Source: Macrostomum lignano
Taxonomy: Eukaryota
Assembly: GCA_002269645.1 (NCBI GenBank)
Contig: NIVC01000093.1
Coordinates: 1-64,000, forward strand
Reading direction: 5' to 3'
DNA: 64,000 nt
Of the stretch, positions 50,268 to 60,655 are shown piece by piece. Numbering within the stretch: position 1 is the first letter of the stretch; the number at the start of each line of letters is the position of its first letter. A program made the translations under genes and the position numbers. The notes below the pieces were generated by a model. The model worked only from the letters and a program-made list of their open reading frames with translations, was not told the origin of the DNA and did not search any database.

Positions 50268-51125
50268 ATAAGTTTGCTACTATTTAGCTGGCAGTCCTGC
50301 CCCACTGCCAGTCAAATAAGCTTGTCACTATTTAGCCGGCAGTCCTGCCCCACTGCCAGTCAAATAAGCTCGTCACTATTTAGCCGGCAGTCCTGCCCCA
50401 CTGCTGGTCAAATAAGCTTGTCACTATTTAGCTGGCAATCCTGGCCCCTAATGGCCATGCTATTATATATATTTATTTGAGATATTTAAACTTTGGGCAA
50501 TACAAAAGTAGGTACAGCAAATATAGATCAATGCAGATTCAGTACAATTTATTACTTGCCTTCAAGTTTGTTTAATTGTTTCTCAAAGTTTTGTATATTC
50601 CGGAAATTATTTGTAGCAGCAGAAGACACATAAACAAATTAAAAATTAACTATGCATGTTTTACTTTCACTTTAATTTCTGAATCAAAAACACTCATTAA
50701 AACCAAAAAACCACTGCAAACACCTTTATAAAAAAAACCAAAATTGTAGTATAAATAATTAGCTTGTAGTATGTTAAATTATTAATTTAAGGTCATGACG
50801 AGCAGTGTGCAGTTATAAAATGTATAAATGTATTTTGACCAGCGTGGCCATTGGGGGCCAGGATTGCCGGCTAAATAGTGACGAGCTTATTTGACCAGCA
50901 GTGGGCAGGACTGCTAGCTAAATAGTGACAAGCTTATTTGACCAGCAGTAGGGCAAGACTGTCAGCTAAATAGTGAGGCGCTTATTTGACCGGCAGTGGG
51001 GCAGGACTGCCAGCTAAATAGTGACACACTTATTTGACTGGTGCCGGCTAAATTATCGCACTCACGCGCTAATAACATTAACACTCAAAAGTAGCAAACT
51101 TATTTGACCGATGCCAGCTAAATAA
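50268..51125. mobile_element. Foldback-type element whose inverted arms are made of 48-bp tandem units
   Basis: The left arm (50268-50460) has TATTTAGC(T/C)GGCAGTCCTGCCCCACTGCCAGTCAAATAAGCTTGTCAC units. The right arm (50840-51125) has their reverse complement. Inner ends GGCCCCTAATGGCCATGCT / AGCGTGGCCATTGGGGGCC flank a ~380-bp AT-rich spacer. Confidence 0.75.
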
Positions 51126-51973
51126 GCACTGCTTATAATTAATGGCATAACAAAAAAATTTAAATTCTATAAAAATATAGTTTCCTATTATAGCCAAGGT
51201 CTTAATTGCACTAGGCATCCCTTTTGCACTAGCCTATAGTCTAGAGGTTTGGGGTTGTTGCCACAATGAAGGACCTTTTGGGGAGGTTCTAAATATAAAG
51301 AGCCTTTTTTGTAATTATAGTTGCACACTGCAGGGCCATTTTTGCATGCTGACAACTATATATTATACAGTTACATGCTAATGCATGTAGGTTGCTATTG
51401 GCTAAAAGTAGTCACTTGACTACTATGACCAATAGTGACTTATAATACGTGTGTGTTTCCAATAGAAAAGGCTAGGTAAAAGGTGAATCCTCAGGTTATG
51501 CACAAGCATGCACAACTAGCAAGAGGCATTGCTGCACATTCTGTCAACTCCCCTGAGTAGGCAAACATGCAGTCAAGCACATGGTTATATACCCAGTCAA
51601 ATGCACAGGCACACACACAGGAGTGTACAGTGGCCCTAACTATAAATTGTTAGGCATGTACACTTCACTGTGCCTTGGGGTTTAGCCTTCAAGCTGAGCA
51701 TTAATTGCACAAGCAGAGCCAAGCCAAGATTTCAAATTAGCCCAAAGTTAATGTGGCTGTATTTGGCATATAAGAGCGCCGCACTGGACTACTAAGCTTA
51801 CACCTTCCCCTAATGCTTGGGGTAGATGTGTTGGTATTTTATTGGGTTTTTAATTTTTTCGACTGATTCAAACTATCATTATTAGAGTCATGCTACTAAC
51901 ATTAGTTTTCTACAGGCACAAGCAATCGTATAAATTGTTCAATATTACAGCTAATCTAAATCCCAGAGCAGCC

Positions 51974-52674
51974 ATGTCCGCCGCCTACACCCTAGTGCTG
52001 ATTCGTCACGGCGAGTCGAACTTCAACAAGGAGAACCGATTCTGCGGCTGGATTGACGCGGACCTGTCCGACGTTGGCAACGAAGAGGCAAAAAATGCTG
52101 GCGAGATGATCAAAAAGAATGGCCTGACATTCGATGTTGCTTATACTAGCGTGTTGAAACGGGCTATTAAAACTTTGAATCACGTTTTGGACGCGCTTGA
52201 TCTGCACTGGATTCCGGTGAACAAGCACTGGCGGCTGAACGAGCGGATGTACGGCGGTCTGCAGGGGCTCAACAAGAGCGAGACCGCTGCCAAGCATGGC
52301 GAGGATCAGGTGACAGCTGATAAGCTAGAAACTTCTCCATCTCAAATCTGAACAGCTTGGTTGGATTTTCAAATAATTTCTGCAATTTACTTGAATCCAA
52401 ATTTATCTTGCAGGTGAAAATCTGGCGTCGCTCTTACGACATCCCGCCGCCGGCTGTTGATACCGACTCTAACCAGTATCCGGGCAAAGACCCGCGCTAC
52501 AAAGACCTGGAGCCCAGCCAGCTGCCCAGGCACGAGTGCCTGAAGGATACGGTTTGTTAATTACATTAGCTGCTGAGGTCGGACAGACAGACAGACCCAC
52601 AGACAGACAGACAGACCGATAGACAGACAAACCGACAGACAGACAGACAGACAGACAAACCGACAGACAGATTC

Positions 52675-52760
<86 letters not shown>

Positions 52761-52789
52761 CGACAGACAAACAGACAGACAGACAAACC

Positions 52790-52828
<39 letters not shown>

Positions 52829-53433
52829 CGACAGACAGACAGCGGGCCTCAGCTCTTGGGCCTTTTCAAGCTGGGAGTTAGATTTCAGGTCCGGGTGGTA
52901 AATTAAAGAAATCCTTGAATTCGGGCTTCTTCAGATTCATTGATTCTAAAGTTCCTTGAATTTCAGTTTCCGATCCAAGTGATCATTCACTCTGAAGGTC
53001 CCTAAAGTTCACTTTCCAATCTAGTAATCTGGTAACCTGAGGGTCCTTGAATTTTAGTTTCCAATCCAAATGATCATTCAACCCAGAGGTCCTTGAATGT
53101 AGGACTTCAGAGAATTTATTAATCAATTGTAACTGTCGCACAAACCCGCAGGTGGCCCGGGTGCTGCCCTACTGGCACGAGGTGATCGCCCCGGCTATCC
53201 GCAGTGGCAAGCGGGTGCTCATCACCGCCCATGGCAACAGCCTCCGCGGCCTAGTGAAGTATCTGGATAATATCGGGGATCAGGAGATCGTTGAGCTGAA
53301 CATACCCACTGGTATACCGCTGGTGTACGAGTTGGACAAAGACCTGAAGCCAGTGAAGCACTATTATCTAGCTAGCGAGGCCGAGGTCAAGGCCGCTATG
53401 GAACGCGTGGCCAATCAGGGCAAGGCCAAGTGA
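51974..53433 (+). CDS. PGAM: 2,3-BPG-dependent phosphoglycerate mutase (dPGM), 3 exons, 251 aa
   Basis: Exons 51974-52309, 52414-52551 and 53152-53433, phase 0 GT-AG. Motifs [61 protein letters not shown] and [14 protein letters not shown]. Confidence 0.97.
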
Positions 53434-53854
53434 AGTAAACAAAATCATCGTGGAACTCAATTGAAACTATTTAAAGTGTTATGTGAAATCTACCCTAAAC
53501 CCTAACAGATTTGTAGCTAGATTTAACAATTAGTAACAGCACAGCTGGCCTACACCAAGCTCTCCAAGATGACTCAACCTTTGTCCATGCTTTATTATAA
53601 TTATTAATGTACGAGTTGAACTGCATGTTGTCTTCTTATTAGACTTTTTTATTTTAGAAAATATTCATCCCTGTGCTTAAGTAGTATGAAGCGAATATTA
53701 AAATAGTAGATCTACAAATATCTGTGTAGTAGCTTGTTTAACAAAATATATAAAGGTATTTCACTCTTGACCGTCTCAATACCAAATAAAAGCTCTTATT
53801 TTCAAATTTCACTCTGCATCTCTTTGAATCCATTTGACCGGGCGTAAAGGAACG

Positions 53855-54115
53855 CTCCAATGTGACCGTTGTACGAATGTGGTCACTAATGTGACTCTCC
53901 AATGTGACCGTTGTACGAATGTGGTCACTAATGTGACTCTCCAATGTGACCGTTAGGAATGGTCACGTATGTGACTCTCCAATGTGACCCTAAAGAATGG
54001 TCACTCATGTGATACTCCCATGTGACCGTTGAAAGAATGGTCACTCATGTGATAACTCCAATGTGACCGTTGAAAGAATGGTCACTCATGTGACAACTCC
54101 AATGTGACCCTTGAA
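53855..54115. repeat. ~43-bp degenerate tandem repeat (CCAATGTGACCGTTG...GAATGGTCAC..ATGTGA..CT)
   Basis: About 6 diverging copies, each with an internal GTGACC/GGTCAC inverted pair. Confidence 0.85.
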
Positions 54116-54231
54116 ATAATTTAATAACTCATGTACATGCTATGTACACGTGCATGTCCTTTGTAATTACTACATTATATACTACTAGCTTTCTTCTCCA
54201 CACATAGTAGTACCACTCGCATACTCCATTA

Positions 54232-54360
54232 TACGAGGGTGTCCGGAGAGTTCTGACATTTTAAATTCCAGGTCAGACAAAAGGCTGCAAACACAATTAA
54301 TGTACGTGGTGTCACTCTAGCTTTAAAGTGGCACATTTTATATTCACTGTCACTGTCGGT
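54232..54360 (+). mobile_element. Possible Tc1/mariner-like terminus remnant
   Basis: TA|CGAGGGTGTCCGGAGAGTT resembles mariner TIR starts. No matching right TIR or transposase was seen. Confidence 0.25.
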
Positions 54361-55064
54361 GCGCAGGTATTGCCCTATGAGTTTTCAAGCATCGCTGTTC
54401 AATTGAATGACCACACATCATCCATACGAGATTGTCATTGAATTTATTCGCTTCAAAAAGCTGGCAGAAAACAGCCGCTGCAGCTCGCAGTTCTACTCGT
54501 CGGCAATTAAATTTAATTATTGTTCATCGACATTCGACAATGATTCCATGGCGCCGGTATGAAAATCCGCCCTGACTCTGACACTTCCCGCGGATGTTAA
54601 TTAAATTTGAATGCAGCTTGTCGATGAAGACTGAAGAGCCTGCATGCTTGTCTTCCCAAACAAATCCTAGGAAAGATTATAGCTGCACCCTGAATTTGAG
54701 TGCCGATTTAATTGGAGTAATTATGGATGTATGATTATCGAAATTCCTGCAGATCCCTGGGGCTCTAGGTGTGCCGCAATTAGATTGCCGAATTTAGCTC
54801 GGCATATAGCAGGTGCATTCATGGGTTCTCGTGACTGTTAAGAGTTGTCTACATGTAAATTAATTTCTCTGATAGGCCGCTCTTGACTAAAACTGATACA
54901 GCAGTCGGGAATAATTGTTTTTGTCATCTTCTAGCTGGCAATGCTATCAGATTTCAAATATCAACTAGTTCTTCTATTGGTCACACATTAATTAAGACCT
55001 ATCAACCGTATATTGTTCTTTTATTAGTTATTCTAATAATTAAATACCTGTTTATGCATAGAAA

Positions 55065-55245
55065 AATAGCTAGATGGATAGATATTTAGGTAGATAAGAT
55101 AGATAGATAGATATATAGATCGATATATAGATCGATAGATCGATAGATAGATAGATAGATATATAGATCGATAGATCGTAGATAGATAGATAGATAGATA
55201 GATATATAAATAGATTGATATATAGATGGATAGATAGATAAATAG
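55065..55245. repeat. Degenerate (GATA)n tract
   Basis: GATA/GATC/TATA mixed run. Confidence 0.85.
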
Positions 55246-55819
55246 AAAGAAGGTGCGGTTTTCATCAGATTTGTAAATTTAATTGCTTATTTTTAAACAC
55301 CTTGCTTGACCCCAAATGCCCCCTGTCCCTGACCCGCCAGCCAGTTCGTCAGCTGATTGCCACCTCACAAATCCTGCATCTGTATTCCACCCATGCAACT
55401 AGCTGAAACTGCAGCCATCACGTTTTTCCTACTAATTTTCCCGGACAACATCCGCCCCGGGTGAGAGCGGATGCCATGCAGTTTCTAAGAAGCCTCACCT
55501 GAGCAGGCAGCCTGAGACCGGACCGAGGTCACTTCCGCTTATGCGAAAGCTGCCGGCATAGCTGCAAATTAGAAGGCCACAAGCTTATTAATATTATTCA
55601 TCACGACTTATTAATATTGACTTGCTGCAGCTGAGCGCGAGCCGTCTTAAGTCAAATTTATATTCGATACCTCGACATCATGTTTACACACGTTAATTAC
55701 CATGGGTAATGTTTTTAACCTTCCTATGCAATAAAATGTAAAATTGGTCACAACTGTTTACAGGTGTTCGGAAATATTCTCGCCTAAATCCTTCCGTCTC
55801 TGTTCTGCTTTTCTGACTG

Positions 55820-56360
55820 GAATTCCTTCTATCCTTTTTATCTTTCCCCGACTATCATTCCATCCTGACGCACCATTTTCTATCCTGACACATCTATTTC
55901 TATCCTTTTTATCTGTTCCCTGACTATCATTCCATCCTGACGCACCACTTTCTATCCTGACACATCTATTTCTATCCTTTTTATCTGTTCCCTGACTATC
56001 ATTCCATCCTGACGCACCATTTTCTATCCTGACACATCTATTTCTATCCTTTTTATCTTTCCCTGACTATCATTCCATCCTGACGCACCACTTTCTATCC
56101 TGACACATCTATTTCTATCCTTTTTATCTGTTCCCTGACTATCATTCCATCCTGACGCACCATTTTCTATCCTGACACATCTATTTCTATCCTTTTTATC
56201 TTTCCCTGACTATCATTCCATCCTGACGCACCACTTTCTATCCTGACACATCTATTTCTATCCTTTTTATCTTTCCCTGACTATCATTCCATCCTGACGC
56301 ACCACTTTCTATCCTGACACATCTATTTCTATCCTTTTTATCTGTTCCCTGACTATCATT
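55820..56360. repeat. 72-bp minisatellite
   Basis: CATCCTGACGCACCA(C/T)TTTCTATCCTGACACATCTATTTCTATCCTTTTTATCT... with a 72-bp period (55861, 55933, ...). Confidence 0.92.
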
Positions 56361-56369
56361 CCATCCTGC

Positions 56370-57042
56370 CATCCTGACACATCCTTTTTATCTGTTACAC
56401 TGACACATCTATTTATTGTCCTGACACATCTATTTATTGTCCTGACACATCTATTATTCATCCTGACACATCTATTTTCTATCCTGACACATCTATTTAT
56501 TGTCCTGACACATCTATTATTCATCCTGACACATCTATTATTCATCGTGACACATCTATTATTCTATCCTGACACATCTATTTTCCATTCTGACACATCT
56601 ATTTTCCATCCTGACACATCTATTTTCCATCCTGACACATCTATTATTCATCATGACACATCTATTTTCTATCCTGACACATCTATTTTCCATCCTGACA
56701 CATCTATTATTCATCATGACACATCTATTTTCTATCCTGACACATCTATTTATTGTCCTGACACACCTATTATTCATCCTGACACATCTATTATTCATCC
56801 TGACACATCTATTATCCATCCTGACACATCTATTTTCCATCCTGACACATCTATTTTCCATCCTGACACATCTATTTTCCATCCTGACACATCTATTTTC
56901 CATCCTGACACATCTATTTTCCATTCTGACACATCTATTTTACATCCTGACACATCTATTTTCCATCCTGACACATCTATTTTCCATCCTGACACATCTA
57001 TTTTCCATCCTGACACATCTATTTTACATCCTGACACATCTT
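56370..57042. repeat. 21-bp minisatellite (CTGACACATCTATTTTCCATC)n
   Basis: Tandem 21-mers corresponding to a sub-unit of the adjacent 72-bp array. Confidence 0.93.
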
Positions 57043-57819
57043 GACACAAGTTTGGTGTCGAACTTTTGCTTTAGCGGCACACGGGGTCGGTTGCTAGAAT
57101 TCTCCCATAGTGGGCATTACAGAGCTTGTCAGCAATTAATTTCTGCCGGAACTGCTGGTTTCGCATGCCATTCCAGCTATTCTATACGAGGCTGGGCACC
57201 TGGGATGCCAACTAGGCCGTTTGGTAGCTCGTAATCCTCAATTATTTGGGATAGCACAGTACGTTTCTGCTGACGTCAGATTTTCAGATATCTATGCCTA
57301 GATTTAGAGGCAAACGCCTACAGCTGCACCCTGCCAGGTGATAAGAGGCTTTCCTGTAAACTATGGTTCATAATTCTATTCGTGATAGCAACATTCTGTC
57401 ATGAATTTGATTGTACTTTAATCTTTTTTTATTGCCTGACTGTTAAGAAAACTACTTCTAAGAAAAGTAGCTCCGATGAATCATATTGATCATGTGCACT
57501 CGTATGCTTGGGCAACGTCACACATTCAGACACACTTGCTTTTTTATCTGACAGAGAAATATAGGTTTTTTTATTAGAATGAGGTTTCTTTTAATATTAA
57601 ATTCGCTCACTCAAGGGGTAGGTAGGGTAAGAGAGCTTTGAAAATCATTTAAATAAGATAAATTTGTTTTTCTTATAGTTACCTGATTTTATCCATAAAT
57701 ATTGTGCTCAAAAGGAAATTAAAAAACAAACATTAATTATAATAGCATTGGTGATACAGATTATTGGAGACTACAAACATCGATAGGGAGTTATAGAGAA
57801 GGTTCTCGTAGAGTCTGAG

Positions 57820-58400
57820 AAGGTGAGAGTCCGAGAGAAGGTGGATTTCTGAGAGAAGGTGGATTTCTGAGAGAAGGTGAAAATCTGAGAGAAGGTGAGA
57901 GTCTGAGAGAAGGTAAGAGTCTGAGAGAAGGTGAGAGTCTGAGAGAAGGCGAGAGTCTGAGAGAAGGTGAGAGTCCGAGAGAAGGTGAGAGTCTGAGAGA
58001 AGGTGAGAGTCTGAGAGAAGGCGAGAGTCTGAGAGAAGGTGAGAATCTGAGAGAAGGTGAGAATCTGAGAGAAGGTGGAAGTCTGAGAGAAGGCGACAGT
58101 CTGAGAGAAGGCGAGAGTCTGAGAGAAGGTGAGAATCTGAGAGAAGGTGAGAGTCTGAGAGAAAGTGAGAAGTCTGAGAGAAGGCGAGAGTCTGAGAGAA
58201 GGTGAGAGTCTGAGAGAAGGTGAGAATCTGAGAAAAGGTGAGAGTCTGAGAGAAGGTGAGAGTCTGAGAGAAGGCGAGAGTCTGAGAGAAGGTGAGAGTC
58301 TGAGAGAAGGCGAGAGTCTGAGAGAAAGTGAGAGTTTGAGAAGGTGAGAGTCTGAGAAGGGGAGAATCTAAGAAGGGAATAATCTGAGAGAAGGTGGGAG
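57820..58400. repeat. 18-bp minisatellite (GAGTCTGAGAGAAGGTGA)n
   Basis: About 30 tandem copies. Confidence 0.93.
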
Positions 58401-59044
58401 TCTGAGAGTCTGAGAGCGGCTGAAAAGGGGAGAGACTGAGACTGATAAGGGGAGAGTCTGAGCAGGTGAGTGAGTGTCAGATTCTGTTTCTAAGACAGCG
58501 GTATTGTCTCAGATTTGTAAGAAATTTGGGTTTATTAGAACTGATTTGAATATAACACCGGATTAGAATTTTAGATGAATTAAAGCAATGAGTGTCAGTA
58601 GTTGGCCCAGATTATCTTTGAGACAAAGGTTCGCATAAAGCGGATTTAAAAGTGCAAAAAATTCAAATTAGCGAACCTTATCAAAATCGAACGGTAAAGA
58701 CATCTACATCAATGTGCAAGCCCATGGAGAATGTACCCGACCCGCGGCCTGCCCAGGTCATCAACAGATTGTCTCAAAGCAGCTGCCGGAGACTGGATTA
58801 AAACCTCTGATGAGGCTAATGAATCCTGATCCCCCTATTGCTCAGTCGGCTTTGCAGGCCTCCGCTCCATTTCTTATCTCGGGGGATTAATGCATTGCCG
58901 GCTGAGATGGCTTTTTGTTTTAAGATGGATTAGAGGCTAATACGCCCAGATAATTGAGAGCAGGGGGCGCGACGCTCTCACAGTGCAAATGCTGGGGCGG
59001 CAGAGTGAGGATGCGCTTCCCTGATCAAGTTAGAGACGGGGTCT

Positions 59045-59235
59045 AGTGTGTGAGTGAGTGAGTGAGGGAGAGAGTGTGTGAGTGAATTAGTGAGTGAGTG
59101 AGTGAGTGTGTGAGTGAGTGAGTGAGTGAGTGAGTGAGTGAGTGAGTGAGTGAGTGAGTGAGTGAGTGAGTGAGTGAGTGAGTGAGTGAGTGAGTGAGGG
59201 AGAGAGTGTGTGAGTGAGTGAGTGAATGAGTGAGA
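59045..59235. repeat. (TGAG)n microsatellite
   Basis: TGAG run. Confidence 0.95.
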
Positions 59236-59327
59236 CAGAGCGAGGCGCAAGGTTCAGAGTAGAAAGATAGTGACTTAGTAGCCACATTCATTTGGGGCTT
59301 GTGTTGGTGCGATTCACACCAATTCAC

Positions 59328-59465
59328 ACATGCCTGACGATTAGAAAGTCAAAGGGGCCGCCGTACATGTACACCCTGTGTGAGCGTGTGTGTGAGTGCG
59401 TGTCTGCGCACAGTATTGGCGCGCTTGCATGTGCTCAGGAGTCTGCGGAATGAGCAGAACTGCTT
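59328..59465 (-). repeat. Dispersed ~140-bp repeat, copy 2
   Basis: Reverse complement of 46945-47085. Confidence 0.85.
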
Positions 59466-60204
59466 CAGTAAGATCCCACCAGTTGGGAAACTTATCAGTT
59501 CCCGCATTGGCCCCGGTGAGCATGAGCACAGAGTTTCACATTTCCTGTCTTCTCCGCAGATCGCTGACGCAGTCGCCGCGGTGGTCACCCGGCAGTCACG
59601 CGCAACCCCGAAGTTTCCCTATACTTCAGCGGCTACTTGAAAGGCCGGTGGGTGGTTTAAATAAAGAAAATTCTCAAACTCGAGGCGTCGTTGGAAAAAA
59701 GGCGAAAGCGTTCCGACGCCTTCGAAGTAAATCTAGAAAGGAAGGAGTTGGAGGAGAGAAGAAAAATTAAAAGAGGAGATCGGCGGGTGAAATTGACCGC
59801 CCAGGCGGGGATTCTCTTGAGCTTGCATGGATTGCTCAATTTCCTTTCGTCATATTATAGAAAGTCGGTCTATCTTCTACTTTAGTTTGAGAGAGGAACT
59901 GCTCCTCCCTAGGCGAATAAAGCGTGAAAAAATTGAGTAGAAATTTGGCACCTCTGGAGCAGCGGAAGCGGGGCTGAGATCTCATGCATGCGTAGAGCTG
60001 TCGGTCTGTTTACAGTTGGGTATCGAAATTCACAGCTCTACTGCTATTGGCTGGCGGCTTGGGAGGCCAGTAAGCAGAATCTTTACAATTGTTTTTTATA
60101 CTATATCAACCAATTGCCTAACCAATTGCTTCTCAAAAATTGAACTCAACTGAAGACTTTCGGCTCCTAAAAATTGTCAACAACATTTACAGCATCTGCA
60201 ATAC

Positions 60205-60650
60205 CGGAAGCAGCAAAAACAAAAGCAACAGCAGAAGCAAAAACAGAAGAAACAGCAAAAGAAACAGCAGAAGCAAAAACAGAAGAAACAGCAGAAGAAA
60301 CAGCAGAAGCAAAAACAGAAGAAACAGCAAAAGAAACAGCAGAAGCAACAGCAAAAGAAACAGCAGAAGAAACAGCAGAAGAAACAGCAGAAGAAACAGC
60401 AGAAGAAACAGCAGAAGAAACAGCAGAAGAAACAGCAGAAGAAACAGCAGAAGAAACAGCAGAAGAAACAGCAGAAGAAACAGCAGAAGAAACAGCAGAA
60501 GAAACAGCAGAAGCAACAGCAAAAGCAACAACAAAAGAAACAGCAGCAGCAACAGCAGAAGAAACAGCAAAAGAAACAGCAGAAGCAACAACAAAAGTAG
60601 CAGCAGAAGAAACAGCAACAGCAAAAGCAACAGCAAAGAAACTACAGCAG
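60205..60650 (+). repeat. Purine-rich 12-bp repeat (GAAGAAACAGCA)n immediately 5' of the GPCR coding region
   Basis: Units vary only in multiples of 3; all three plus frames are stop-free through the array. Confidence 0.9.
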
Positions 60651-60655
60651 CAGAA

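Noticed and set aside
53490-53506. CCCTAAACCCTAA telomere-like motif
   Set aside because: Only two imperfect units; compatible with chance.
59559-59885. Strong acceptor at 59558 and Lys/Arg/Glu-rich short ORFs as GPCR coding exons
   Set aside because: The available donor phase does not join either candidate GPCR frame; this may be a 5' UTR exon, but that cannot be supported from sequence alone.
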